From positions 87,569 through 151,568 of the forward strand of contig DDEQ01000043.1 in assembly GCA_002336105.1 (NCBI GenBank): 64,000 nucleotides of DNA. Direction: 5' to 3'. Shown piece after piece: positions 1 to 12,052 of this stretch. The stretch comes from Chthonomonas sp. UBA1950. Lineage in GTDB: Bacteria; Armatimonadota; Fimbriimonadia; Fimbriimonadales; Fimbriimonadaceae. Numbering within the stretch: position 1 is the stretch's first letter; every line of letters starts with the position of its first letter. The position numbers were made by a program, and so were the translations under genes. Below the pieces are notes generated by a model that saw only the letters and a list, made by a program, of their open reading frames with translations, did no database searches and was not told where the DNA came from.

Positions 1-55
1 TCTTAGCTAAATGAGCCCCCTCAATACCGCCCCTATTTCCAATGACAGACCTTTG

Positions 56-499
56 TCACCGAACTCCTAGCACACTACAAGGAGACCGTTCGGCGAGGTC
101 TTTACCAGTGTGCGAGAAGAGCCGTTCAACAAGTCCTTGGTGATGCCTTAGGCCGATAATAAGCAGGTCAGCTTGATGCCTGTGAACCGCTTCGACGATC
201 TTCTCAACAGGTTCACCTACCTCAGAATCGGCAAAAACAGGAACGCAGGCTCTTTCCGCTTCTGCGGTTACTTCCCTCGTTAAACTCTTGAGTTCCTGAA
301 GCATTCGCTCGGAGTTTTCGAGGATTAATCCGCCCTCCACAGGCGCATATGGTGCCTGCATTGCAAAGGTCGGAGCGTACTCCAGAACACTAATCGTATA
401 TAACGGCTTTCCTAGCCGTCCCGCAAGCTCCAGTCCGTGCTTCAACGCACGTCTTGAGGGCTCACTACCGTCGAAAGCGACAATCATTCGCTCATACAT
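56..499 (-). CDS. universal stress protein (UspA family)
   Basis: ORF 56..553. Likely start is ATG at 499 (MYERMIVAFDGS...), preceded by GGAGG. Usp-like VAFDGS N-terminus and LIIG...SVLGV C-terminus. Confidence 0.75.
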   Translation of the reverse strand: MYERMIVAFDGSEPSRRALKHGLELAGRLGKPLYTISVLEYAPTFAMQAPYAPVEGGLILENSERMLQELKSLTREVTAEAERACVPVFADSEVGEPVEKIVEAVHRHQADLLIIGLRHHQGLVERLFSHTGKDLAERSPCSVLGVR

Positions 500-636
500 G
501 GCAGCCTCCAATACAATAATACGGCAGGCAGCCCAGCTTCGATAACCTTCCATCGGGAAAGTGTATTCTCTGCGAAATGCTCCGCAGAGATCGACCGGTC
601 GGGAATGTTAGCGTAGGAAAAAGCATTGACATCACT

Positions 637-2640
637 ATGCTTTGCCGCAGTAAAAGTCGACATTCTTTCTGGTTTCCTTCAACGTTGACTTTGATCGCCC
701 TTGCGATTGTCGGATGCCCATCGGAAGGTCCATCTGGAGTTATCGATCCTCCCAAGAAGGTCAAGGCTGCTCCTGCTGACCCTTGGGTTCTGGCAACCCT
801 TGACCCTGAGAACTCAGTCCCTGCCTATCTCTCGAATGGCACCATTGGAGTCCGATTCGATCGGGCTGGTTTGGCACCCGATAGTGGCGGGTTATTCCTT
901 ATCTCTGCCTACCAAACCAGTGGCGAGGAAAAGATCATTGAGCTGCCAAACCTATGTCTTGGGCAGAGTAAGGAACTGAACCTCGCTCGATGTGAGGACT
1001 ACCGACAAACGCTCGACATGAGAACGGGAATCCTTGAAACAAGTTGGAAGCGAAATGATGTTGAGGTCACTACCGAATGTGTCGTCCACCCGACTTTGCC
1101 AATCATTGCTCAACGCATTCGAATCTCAAGTGGAAACAATAGGTCAATTTCGTTCTCTGACCCAGCCTTTGAAAGTTCCAATACGAATTTGACGAGTTGG
1201 CAAACCAAGCGCGGAAACGTAACTTACCAAATCTCGCAAAAGACGAATACTGAGCCACCGAAGCAGTCGAATGGTGGTTTAGTGATCGACGTCACAGCTG
1301 GTCATCCATTTGAGCTAACCCGCATCGTCACTGCCGCAGATGATAGGATCCAAAATCACCCGGATGGTTCGCTTGACTTCGAAAGCATCGCGAAACTCGA
1401 AAAGGTGTCTCTGGATAAACGATGGAAGACAGATATTGAGATTGACGGTCCGGTTGAAGATCAGCAAGCAATCCGTTCTTTTCTCTTCTATCTGCGAAAC
1501 AGCATCGCCAAAGATGGGACGATGGCGATAAGCCCTTTTGCCCTAAGTAACCAGCAGTATAACGGGCATGTGTTTTGGGATGCTGATATCTGGGTGTTCC
1601 CTTCTCTCGCGCTCACGGACCCCGACTTAGCCAAAGTCATCCCCAATTACCGCCTTAGGCATTTAAAGTCAGCTGAGCAATACATGCAGAAATGGCTCGT
1701 GGCAAATCGACCGATTATTCGCGGCGAATTAGGGAAGGCAACTGGCACAGGGGCTAAGTTTCCGTGGGAGTCCTCCGTGAGTGGGTTCGAAACTACGCCA
1801 ACATCATCAAGGTTCGAAGACCATATCAGTGGGTCCGTGGCTTTTGCCGTAAAACAGGCGTCAAGTTTGGGCCTTGTCTCAGCGTCTCAAAGCAATGACC
1901 TTTTGAACAAGGTCACCGAGTATTGGAAACAACGGATCACAAAGACCAAACGGGGACTGGAAGTACACGGAGTGATGTCTCCAGACGAGAACCACACCGG
2001 CGACAACGATCTCTACACGAACCTTTTGGCCCAGTGGTGCTTATCAGGCGGACAATTTGATGCGAATTCGCAAGCATTTTTACCTAGGGACAAGGTCACC
2101 TTTCTCACCTACGAAAACGACCCATTCAGAGGCTATAAACAAGCGGCGGCAATTCTCGCAATTTATCCTCTTCAGTTTCCGAAAGCCGAAAATGAAGCAA
2201 TGGATATGATGAAGAGATATGCCGGTAAAGTTACAAAAAACGGTCCAGCAATGTCTGATTCAGTCCATGCCACGGTTTGGGCTAGGTTCGGCGAACCAGA
2301 AAAAGCATATGAAACCTGGCGAGATTCATGGAAAGAATTCACCAAGAGCCCGCTAATGCTATTTAGTGAGAAGAGGAGTAAACCAGTCACCTATTTCACC
2401 ACAGGTGCGGCAGGATCTTTACAAACGGTACTGTACGGATTCCTCGGCTTTAGGATAGACTCAAAACATCAGATCAACGAGAGTTGGTCTAAGAAACTCG
2501 TGGGGGACGCAATACTTAGCGTGAAGCCAAATCTTCCGAAAGCCTGGAAGTCGGTGAAGTTCAAAAACTTCAGCGTTCTGGGCCAGCGCTTCACCCTCAC
2601 TTCGACCCCTACGGAAACAACCGTCACCCAAGGAGAGTGA
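637..2640 (+). CDS. exported (lipoprotein) glycoside hydrolase family 65-like enzyme
   Basis: ORF 577..2640. ATG 637 gives a signal peptide with lipobox LAIVGC. GH65-like motifs NGHVFWDADIW and VMSPDENHTGDNDLYTN. Confidence 0.6.
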   Translation: MLCRSKSRHSFWFPSTLTLIALAIVGCPSEGPSGVIDPPKKVKAAPADPWVLATLDPENSVPAYLSNGTIGVRFDRAGLAPDSGGLFLISAYQTSGEEKIIELPNLCLGQSKELNLARCEDYRQTLDMRTGILETSWKRNDVEVTTECVVHPTLPIIAQRIRISSGNNRSISFSDPAFESSNTNLTSWQTKRGNVTYQISQKTNTEPPKQSNGGLVIDVTAGHPFELTRIVTAADDRIQNHPDGSLDFESIAKLEKVSLDKRWKTDIEIDGPVEDQQAIRSFLFYLRNSIAKDGTMAISPFALSNQQYNGHVFWDADIWVFPSLALTDPDLAKVIPNYRLRHLKSAEQYMQKWLVANRPIIRGELGKATGTGAKFPWESSVSGFETTPTSSRFEDHISGSVAFAVKQASSLGLVSASQSNDLLNKVTEYWKQRITKTKRGLEVHGVMSPDENHTGDNDLYTNLLAQWCLSGGQFDANSQAFLPRDKVTFLTYENDPFRGYKQAAAILAIYPLQFPKAENEAMDMMKRYAGKVTKNGPAMSDSVHATVWARFGEPEKAYETWRDSWKEFTKSPLMLFSEKRSKPVTYFTTGAAGSLQTVLYGFLGFRIDSKHQINESWSKKLVGDAILSVKPNLPKAWKSVKFKNFSVLGQRFTLTSTPTETTVTQGE

Positions 2641-3383
2641 TGCCAATGCCCAATGTTGTACTAACTGTCGATTGCGAAGGCGCAATGCACGACCGATGCT
2701 ATACAAGTGACCTGATCAAGGTCTTTGAAGAAGAGTTCGTGCCTGCCACTTGGTTAATCCACGTTTCACTAAAAGATCCATCAGCTAACACTAATCTCTA
2801 CTATCACGAATTCGTTCACAAGATCCCTAACTGGCACGAGCTCGGCATGAAGGTTAACTTCGAAAACGAGCGAGGCTACGTAGAAGATCCCAAAGAACGA
2901 GGGAACATCATTTGGGTTGCTAAAGACACCCTGAAGTCACACATGATTAAGGCGACCGCGTTTCGAGCGGGTGCTTTTGCTCTCCTTCCCAGCGACGTTC
3001 CTTACCTACAGGAAAGCGGAATCTTGGTTGATAGCTCCGTTATTCCAGACAGCGACTATAAAATGTTCGTTGGCTGGCAAGGCGCCCCCAAGAATCCTTA
3101 TCACAGTAGCGCAGAAGACCTCAAAGTTGAAGGCTCCAACAAGCTACTGCACCTGCCAATTGCCACTGCAAACGGAAAACATGCTTATCTTGATCTAGGT
3201 TTTGAAACTCTCAAGCCCATTCTTGAAGAGAACAAGGATCTCGAACTCATCACGATTGGTATTCGAGACTATCTCGACAGCGTAGCCGCTCTCCGACAGG
3301 TCATCCAGTACTACCGAGGACTGGGCGCTCACTTCACCACCATGACACAGGCGGCAAGCGAGCACTTCCAACACCACAGTTAA
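2637..3383 (+). CDS. hypothetical protein, possibly polysaccharide deacetylase-like
   Basis: 248-aa ORF with 4-nt overlap onto the GH65-like gene. VVLTVDCEG and FRAGAFAL...GILVDSSVIP resemble the deacetylase/hydrolase barrel family. Weak call. Confidence 0.3.
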   Translation: MMPMPNVVLTVDCEGAMHDRCYTSDLIKVFEEEFVPATWLIHVSLKDPSANTNLYYHEFVHKIPNWHELGMKVNFENERGYVEDPKERGNIIWVAKDTLKSHMIKATAFRAGAFALLPSDVPYLQESGILVDSSVIPDSDYKMFVGWQGAPKNPYHSSAEDLKVEGSNKLLHLPIATANGKHAYLDLGFETLKPILEENKDLELITIGIRDYLDSVAALRQVIQYYRGLGAHFTTMTQAASEHFQHHS

Positions 3384-3390
3384 GACCCAT

Positions 3391-3427
3391 AAGGCAGGTG
3401 TAATCAGTGACTTCACCTGCCTTTTTC
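3391..3427 (+). terminator. rho-independent terminator
   Basis: 10-bp stem aaggcaggtg / cacctgcctt followed by a T run (ctttttc), directly after the stop at 3383. Confidence 0.7.
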
Positions 3428-3539
3428 ATTCATCTTCGAACCACTAAATTCTTAATCCCATCTTTATCGGATTGCTGTATTCTCGGTGTAGATTCGTGAG
3501 CTGATCGTTTTGCACATTCGGAATCATCGAGTAGGTTAT

Positions 3540-4771
3540 ATGTCCGCCCCACTTCGTATTGCGATTTACTATAACTTACCTAGCGGCGGTGCTAGACGAG
3601 CACTTTACAATCACGTTACTGGTCTAAAAGAACGGGGATACATTCTTAAGGCATGGCGTCCTGAACTCCTCGACAAACAATTCATCCAGGTCGGATCATT
3701 AGTCGAAGAGCAAGAAGTGGATCTGCCGATTCAGCCCGAGGGGACTGGATACGTCTCGAGAATCACCAGTCACGTGACTCGGCTTCATAAACTGATGAAA
3801 GATGAGCCGATCCATACCGAGACTTGCGCACGGCAAATGAGAGAGCAAGGTTTTGACTTCCTCTTTGCCAATACAGATCGGTTGTTTGCATCACCTTCCA
3901 TCGGACGCTTTTTCCACGGAAAGAAAGCCCTTTATCTACAGGAGCCGAACCGTCATCTCTACGAGTCCATGCCAGAGTTACCGTGGATTGCTTTAGGCCC
4001 GGAAGACTACAAAAAGATGGGCTTCACGGGTATTAAACATCGCACACGTAAGAGACTCGAGCAGACGGCTTGGAAGAAGCAGGCGCGCTTCGAACTGGAA
4101 AACGCTAGGAGCTACGACAATATCTTAGTCAATAGCTTCTATTCCAGAGAGTCGGTTCTACGCGCATACGGCATCAGTTCGGATGTTTGCTATTTAGGAG
4201 TCGATACCGATAAATTTCACGATCAAGGCAAAGAACGGGAACCGTTTGTGATTGGCTTGGGGACAATTGGCCCAACCAAAAACGTAAAACTCGCCATAGA
4301 AGCCATTGGCACGATTCAGACGAAGCGACCGCCTTTGGTCTGGGTTGGGAATATGAGTGACGACGTCTACGTCGATCAGATGAAACAACTTGCGACTAAG
4401 CTCGGAGTCGATTTTCAGATTCGCAAGATGGTAACTGATGAGGAGTTGATCGACCTCCTCAATCGTGCGACTTGCATGTTGTATGCGCCTCGCCTAGAAC
4501 CATTTGGGTTTGCACCTCTCGAAGCCAACGCTTGCGGCTGCACGGTTGTCGGAGTTGCGGAAGGCGGTGTTCGCGAAACAATTATTGATGGCGTAAATGG
4601 AAAACTGGTTCCGCACGATCCAGAGTTACTCGGAGCAGCGGTAAGCAACCTCATCGAGAATCCTAGAACCGCCTACTCCCTTGGGCAGCAAGCGAAGAAA
4701 ATGGTTCAAGATCATTGGACCATCGGGGCTTCGAATGACCGACTAGAAGCCGCTCTCCTTAAAGTTTTTCG

Positions 4772-4775
<4 letters not shown>
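3540..4775 (+). CDS. glycosyltransferase family 4
   Basis: ORF 3510..4775, ATG at 3540. GT4 C-terminal signature EPFGFAPLEANACGCTVVGVAEGGVRETIIDGVNG. Confidence 0.8.
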
Positions 4776-6762
<1,987 letters not shown>

Positions 6763-6785
6763 TCTGCCAAGAAAGTGAGAAGTGG

Positions 6786-6873
6786 TGGCGGACAGGGTGG
6801 GATTCGAACCCACGGTGAGTTGCCCCACACCGCATTTCGAGTGCGGCGCACTAGACCACTATGCGACCTGTCC
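6786..6873 (-). tRNA. tRNA-Ser (anticodon CGA)
   Basis: 88 nt. Acceptor GGACAGG/CCTGTCC, anticodon stem CCGCA/TGCGG with loop CTCGAAA, long variable arm, T-loop GGTTCGAATCC, encoded CCA. Confidence 0.9.
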
Positions 6874-6952
6874 GGGGGTTATTGTGACAGACGAACGCGC
6901 TCAGATGCACGGGGTCCGCTCATATCCTTTCTGAACAGATAAACTACAAGCC

Positions 6953-8245
6953 GTGCAAAAGAGAGAGTTTGGCTTCGAAACAAGAATGCTACATGCAGGG
7001 CAAATCCCTGATCCCTATGTCGGAGCAAGAGCCGTTCCCATCTATCAAACCACCTCTTATGTGTTTGGCGATACAGACGAAGCTGCTCACCTTTTCGAGC
7101 TGAAACAATACGGCAACATCTATTCGCGAATTAGCAATCCGACAACGGCCGTGCTTGAAGAGCGGATCGCTTCTTTGGAAGGGGCGACTGGGGCGGTCGC
7201 CGTCGCAAGCGGAATGGCTGCCGAATTTGCGACCGTCATGACTCTTTGCAATCCAGGAGACGAAATCGTAGCGAGTTCACAACTCTATGGAGGAACGCTC
7301 ACGATGATGGCGCACACGCTGAAGAAACTGAGCATCGAGGTTAAGTTTGTAGATGCTGCCGATCTGTCAGCTTGGGAACAAGCAATCACCCCCAATACGA
7401 GAGCGCTCTTCACCGAAATCATCGGAAATCCAACGAACACGATTTCCGACTTGTCGGCTTTGGCGGCGCTTGCCGATTCAAAGAAGATCCCACTCATCGT
7501 TGACAGCACTTTCGCGACGCCTTATCTCTGCCGACCAATCGAGTGGGGAGCAACGATAGTGGTTCACTCGGCAACCAAGTTCATTGGTGGTCACGGCACA
7601 AGCATTGGCGGCGTTGTTGTGGACTCGGGCGACTTCGATTTTTCCCACTACAAAACGATTGCCGAACCTTCGCCAAGCTATCACGGGCTCAAGTTTTACG
7701 ACACTTTTGGCCATTACGGATTCTTGATGAAACTTCGCACCGAAATAGTCCGTGATACGGGTGCTTGTATCTCTCCGATGAATTCATTCTTGCTGTTGCA
7801 AGGCTTGGAGACTCTGGCACTTCGAATGGATCGGCACGTCAGCAATGCACAAACGGTCGCCAAGTTCCTTGAGGAGCACCCGTTGGTCGGTCGTGTTTTT
7901 TACGCCGGTTTGCCCAGCCACCCCCAGCACGATTTAGCAAAGAAATACCTTCCCAAAGGCGCTGGATCGATCATGTCGTTCGAAATCAATCCGAAGTCAG
8001 GTACGCCCCGCGATGCTGGGAAGAAATTCATTGAGTCGCTCCAACTTTTCTCACACCTGGCAAATGTCGGGGATGCAAAGTCTCTCGTCATCCATCCTGG
8101 ATCGACCACTCATCAGCAACTTTCAGATGACGAAATGGTTGCCAGCGGGATCACCAGCGGTATGATCCGGCTTTCGGTAGGGCTGGAAACTGCTGATGAT
8201 TTGCTATGGGATCTTGATCAGGCACTTTCGATTGCGGGCAATTAG
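6953..8245 (+). CDS. metY: O-acetylhomoserine sulfhydrylase (PLP-dependent Cys/Met metabolism family)
   Basis: FETRMLHAGQ, YSRISNPT, HSATKFIGGHGTSIGG (PLP lysine region), LANVGDAKSLVIHPGSTTH. Confidence 0.88.
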   Translation: MQKREFGFETRMLHAGQIPDPYVGARAVPIYQTTSYVFGDTDEAAHLFELKQYGNIYSRISNPTTAVLEERIASLEGATGAVAVASGMAAEFATVMTLCNPGDEIVASSQLYGGTLTMMAHTLKKLSIEVKFVDAADLSAWEQAITPNTRALFTEIIGNPTNTISDLSALAALADSKKIPLIVDSTFATPYLCRPIEWGATIVVHSATKFIGGHGTSIGGVVVDSGDFDFSHYKTIAEPSPSYHGLKFYDTFGHYGFLMKLRTEIVRDTGACISPMNSFLLLQGLETLALRMDRHVSNAQTVAKFLEEHPLVGRVFYAGLPSHPQHDLAKKYLPKGAGSIMSFEINPKSGTPRDAGKKFIESLQLFSHLANVGDAKSLVIHPGSTTHQQLSDDEMVASGITSGMIRLSVGLETADDLLWDLDQALSIAGN

Positions 8246-8256
8246 TAAACTAAGTC

Positions 8257-9492
8257 ATGCCTCGAAGCTTTGAAGAAAACCTCGCCCTCTACGCCAAGCT
8301 TGCAATCAAGCACGGCGTGAATCTACAGCTTGATCAAGAACTGATCATGACGGCGGATATCAACGACGCGCCGCTTGTTCGCCTCTTGGTAAAAGAGGCA
8401 TATCAGGCAGGGGCAAAGAACGTTGCAGTGATGTTCAATGACGAAATCAGCAGCCTCATCCGCTACCAAGAGGCCTCATCGAATGCAATCGGGTACGCCC
8501 CTCAATGGTTCTATGACAGCATTGCGCGAGCGTATTCAGAGGGAGCAGCCCGACTAGCTATCACGGGTAGCAACCCAGCGCTCCTTCGAGACATTGACCC
8601 AGACAAGATAGCGACATCCAGCAAGGTAAACGCCGTAGCCTCAAAGGAAATGATGGAGTACATCGGCGAATTCAAGGTGAACTGGAATATCATCGGTTCA
8701 CCATCTGCAGGCTGGGCTAAACAGGTCTTCCCTGACCTATCTGAGGCCGAAGCAATCAGCAAGCTATGGGACGCCATTTTCGTGACCGCCCGAGTTAACG
8801 AAGAGGACCCACTCGCCGCATGGGAACAGCATTGCAACAACCTAGAGATTCATCAAAATCACCTCAACTCTCTGAATCTTGATTCAGTCCGATTTAGGGG
8901 GCCAGGCACAGACCTCACCGTCGGCCTCGCAGAAGGACACATCTGGGTTGGAGGCTGGGGTTATGCCAAGAACGGCGTTCGCTGTGCTGCCAATATTCCA
9001 ACGGAAGAAGTCTTCACAATGCCTCACCGAGCACGTGTCAACGGAGTCGCTTCTAGCACCAAGACTCTCAGCCTTCGTGGACAGATCCTAGAAGGGATCG
9101 AGGTTGAGTTCAAAGACGGCAAAGTCGTCAAGGCATCGGCGAAGAAAGGAGAGGAGACATTCCTCAAGTTGCTGGAATCAGATGAGGGAGCGAGCCATCT
9201 TGGAGAGGTCGCGCTTGTACCTAACAGTTCTGCCGTTTCGAAAGCTGGCGTAGTCTTCCACAACACGCTTTATGACGAGAATGCGGCTTGCCACATTGCG
9301 ATGGGTCGATGCTATTCCGAAAACCTGAAAGGGTGGGACGACATGTCTGAAGATCAGAGAACAGAAGCAGGAGCTAACGACAGCATCATCCACGTTGACT
9401 GGATGATTGGATCAGCTGAAGTGGACGTTGATGGAATCACAAAAGATGGCAAAACGGTTCCAATTTTGAAAGCTGGCGAATGGGTTAGCTAA
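8257..9492 (+). CDS. aminopeptidase, M29 (AmpS/PepS) family
   Basis: 411 aa. N-terminal FEENLALYAKLAIKHGVNLQ and C-terminal HIAMG...SIIHVDWMIG are typical of the M29 thermophilic metalloprotease family. Confidence 0.8.
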   Translation: MPRSFEENLALYAKLAIKHGVNLQLDQELIMTADINDAPLVRLLVKEAYQAGAKNVAVMFNDEISSLIRYQEASSNAIGYAPQWFYDSIARAYSEGAARLAITGSNPALLRDIDPDKIATSSKVNAVASKEMMEYIGEFKVNWNIIGSPSAGWAKQVFPDLSEAEAISKLWDAIFVTARVNEEDPLAAWEQHCNNLEIHQNHLNSLNLDSVRFRGPGTDLTVGLAEGHIWVGGWGYAKNGVRCAANIPTEEVFTMPHRARVNGVASSTKTLSLRGQILEGIEVEFKDGKVVKASAKKGEETFLKLLESDEGASHLGEVALVPNSSAVSKAGVVFHNTLYDENAACHIAMGRCYSENLKGWDDMSEDQRTEAGANDSIIHVDWMIGSAEVDVDGITKDGKTVPILKAGEWVS

Positions 9493-9565
9493 CGGCCGTT
9501 TAAACATAGTTTGAGCTAAAAACCACAACATTTCACCAAGCCTTTTTTACAGCTAGTGTTATGAT

Positions 9566-9964
9566 GTGGTTATGGAAGATGGCTACGCAATGGCGCCTCT
9601 AGCCCTTTCTAGAGGCGATTTTTTTCTCGTTGGAACGCTCGAAGCGGACGGCATGATCCGAATGGAAATACAGGATCAAATCGATCCGCTCGGCGAATCT
9701 CAATCTGTTCCTGTCCGGCTCGGGTGGGTGACACAAGAAGATATGCGTCACTTCATAAGTGACGCAATGCCCTGCAGCCTCAAAACGGATACGGCATCAA
9801 GCGATGAGATTGAAGCAGTCTTCCGGGTTGATGGCCCGTTCGTTCACGTGCGATTCATCGAAGCAGACGGAAAATCTGACGGAGCAATGCTACGAAGAGA
9901 TGAATTCAAAGCATTTGGTGAAGGCATCATCGGAAAGGTGTTCGCAGGCGGGTTCTTCGTCTAG
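9566..9964 (+). CDS. hypothetical protein
   Basis: 132-aa ORF followed by a strong hairpin terminator. No recognisable motif. Confidence 0.4.
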   Translation: MVMEDGYAMAPLALSRGDFFLVGTLEADGMIRMEIQDQIDPLGESQSVPVRLGWVTQEDMRHFISDAMPCSLKTDTASSDEIEAVFRVDGPFVHVRFIEADGKSDGAMLRRDEFKAFGEGIIGKVFAGGFFV

Positions 9965-9982
9965 GACAAGGACTTTCTATCT

Positions 9983-10027
9983 AAATCGAGGGGGCGTTCG
10001 CAGCATAACCGAACGCCCCCTCGATTT
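9983..10027. terminator. strong hairpin (terminator-like)
   Basis: Perfect 18-bp stem aaatcgagggggcgttcg / cgaacgccccctcgattt with a 9-nt loop. Weak T tract. Confidence 0.6.
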
Positions 10028-10090
10028 CTGTTGACCGCCCTGAAGAGAAGAGGGATGACCTGGCGCGACTCAGTCGTTTTTAAGCACCCG

Positions 10091-10105
10091 TGGGGAAAAA
10101 TGGGC
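10091..10105 (+). promoter_or_regulatory. two phased TGGGN pentamers (MraZ-box-like)
   Basis: TGGGG-aaaaa-TGGGC with 10-bp phasing, about 500 bp upstream of mraZ. Confidence 0.2.
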
Positions 10106-10415
10106 ATCCAAGCTGCTTCGACTATTTGATGAGTTTTTTTGGCGTACAAGTTGGGAGAACTCCGTGCCAAGCTTGTCGCATATCGCCATATCCTGGGTCG
10201 TTTTGGGTAATTCGCTCCAATCAGCAGTTCTCCTGCTACTTTTGAATTGGTTATCTAACCGCAAATTGAGGGCGTAAACCTGGCTGGAAACGAGGTGCAA
10301 GACGGCAACTAGTCTATCTAGTAGACAAACGTGACTCTTTTAGGCTACAGAGGAATACCATTAAAGAACGAAGATGTAGACAGAACGAATAATCTTCATA
10401 AATCGTCCCAAAAAC

Positions 10416-10450
10416 CGCCAATTTTTCCCACTTTTGCCCAAAAGATGGGC
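10416..10450. promoter_or_regulatory. candidate MraZ operator: four pentamers at exact 10-bp phasing
   Basis: cgcca(10416) tccca(10426) gccca(10436) tgggc(10446). These read TGGCG/TGGGA/TGGGC on the minus strand plus TGGGC on the plus strand, about 150 bp upstream of mraZ. Confidence 0.35.
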
Positions 10451-10597
10451 ATATACTGTTTTCCAAGCAAGCCTAGAGACAGGATGTTTCTAGAATAGCC
10501 CGAGGCAGGGCCGACCTCCTCAAGCTTTCCGGAGATTGCATCGAAAAGGATTTCAATGTAATCACCAAAAACAGTTTACAGGGATTTAGGTGTTTCG

Positions 10598-11092
10598 GTG
10601 GCAGAAAACTCAGAGGTGGGTACACCCGCTAGAAGATTAACTGGCACCGAAGAATCCAAAGTAGACGACCGGTATCGCGTTAGCGTGCCCAAGAAATACC
10701 GCGATTTGCTAGGGACATCCTTTGCGATCTGTATCGGCTTAAATGGGCGCGTCTGGATCGTTCGAAATGCTGCTTGGGAGCAGATGGCTAGCGAAATCGA
10801 TGCTATGGATCCTTTGAATCCAGGGCGCCACCAGCTAGAACAGATGCTTTATGGAAATGCAGAGGCGGACGTTCAACTGGATGACGGCGGGCGAATAGTG
10901 CTTCCAAAGGCATTGCGTCCTAGGTTTGTCCAGGGCAAAGAAGTTAAGTTTGTCGGATGCGGAGATAGGCTTGAGCTTTGGTCGGAAGGCGAGTATTACG
11001 GAGAACATTCGGAAATGCTGACCCAGCCAAATACCTGGAGCAAAGCCTTTAACGAAGCTTACAGCGTCGCTAAAGGTTCAAAGGGCTCCTAA
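10598..11092 (+). CDS. mraZ: transcriptional regulator MraZ
   Basis: Two SpoVT/AbrB-like halves (DDRYRVSVPKKYR and DDGGRIVLPKALR). First gene of the dcw cluster. GTG start uncertain (alternative GTG 10616). Confidence 0.88.
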   Translation: MAENSEVGTPARRLTGTEESKVDDRYRVSVPKKYRDLLGTSFAICIGLNGRVWIVRNAAWEQMASEIDAMDPLNPGRHQLEQMLYGNAEADVQLDDGGRIVLPKALRPRFVQGKEVKFVGCGDRLELWSEGEYYGEHSEMLTQPNTWSKAFNEAYSVAKGSKGS

Positions 11093-11122
11093 AGTCTCTC
11101 TCTACAATAAGGTTGCGGAAAG

Positions 11123-12007
11123 ATGAAGCATGACCCAGTGATGATGGATGAGGTCCTTAAAGCCCTCGCGCTCAAAGCTGGTCAGATTTATCTCGACGGG
11201 ACACTCGGATTAGCTGGGCACGCTCTTCGCATGCTGCAAGAGCTTGGGCCAGAAGGGATTTTGATCGGACTCGATCACGATGAGACTATGCTTGCAGAGG
11301 CAAAGAACCGATTGGCAGGGTTGCCGCAGAAGATGCACCTTCTTCATGCGGATTTCCGACAGGTGCCCGAGGTTCTCGCCGATCTCAAGCTGAAACCTCA
11401 CGGAATGTTATTTGATCTAGGCCTCAACCTAGCGCAAATCACGGACGCATCCAGAGGGATGAGCTTTGCCACGGATGGCCCCTTAGATATGCGCCAAGAC
11501 CGCTCCCAAGGCGAGCCGGCGGCGGCGTTGCTGAACAGAATGTCTCCCAATGAAATCGAGAAAGCTCTTTGGGAGTTGGGGGACGAGCGATGGGCACGAG
11601 CTATTGCTCAAAAGATTGTTGCTCGACGGAAGGAAAAACCGCTGCGTACAACCACAGACTTGGTTGACTGCGTATTGGCTGCAATTCCCGTCGGTGCGAG
11701 AGACAAGCGAATTCACCCTGCCACAAGGACTTTTCAGGCAGTGCGAATGATGACGAACGGTGACCTTGACGAACTAGAGGAGGCCATTATTGAGTCTGCG
11801 CAACATCTCGCCGCCGAGGGAACTTTAGTTATTTTGTCTTTTCACTCAGGTGAGGACCGCGTTGTGAAGAGCGCGTTTCGAAGCCTTGCTGGCGAAGAGT
11901 TTGAGGAGCTTTACAAAAAGCCTCTAACCCCGACCCAGGCAGAAATTGATTCGAATCCTCGGAGCCGGAGCACGAAGCTACGCGCCATCCGAAGGAAGGC
12001 TGTTTAA
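11123..12007 (+). CDS. rsmH: 16S rRNA (cytosine1402-N4)-methyltransferase
   Basis: HDPVMMDEVL, DGTLGLAGHA, FDLGLN, HPATRTFQAVRM, LSFHSGEDRVVK. Confidence 0.93.
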   Translation: MKHDPVMMDEVLKALALKAGQIYLDGTLGLAGHALRMLQELGPEGILIGLDHDETMLAEAKNRLAGLPQKMHLLHADFRQVPEVLADLKLKPHGMLFDLGLNLAQITDASRGMSFATDGPLDMRQDRSQGEPAAALLNRMSPNEIEKALWELGDERWARAIAQKIVARRKEKPLRTTTDLVDCVLAAIPVGARDKRIHPATRTFQAVRMMTNGDLDELEEAIIESAQHLAAEGTLVILSFHSGEDRVVKSAFRSLAGEEFEELYKKPLTPTQAEIDSNPRSRSTKLRAIRRKAV

Positions 12008-12052
12008 GAAAGTTAACTTGGCCGATTGGCCTTATTTGGACTGGAGAATCCC

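Noticed and set aside
6874-6952. SAM riboswitch upstream of metY
   Set aside because: The available leader after the tRNA-Ser gene is only about 80 nt, and I see no SAM-I or SAM-II core motifs or convincing stem architecture.
10070-10300. 76-aa minus-strand ORF in the dcw leader
   Set aside because: It has a TTG start, no RBS and a composition that is not protein-like. It cannot be supported as a gene.
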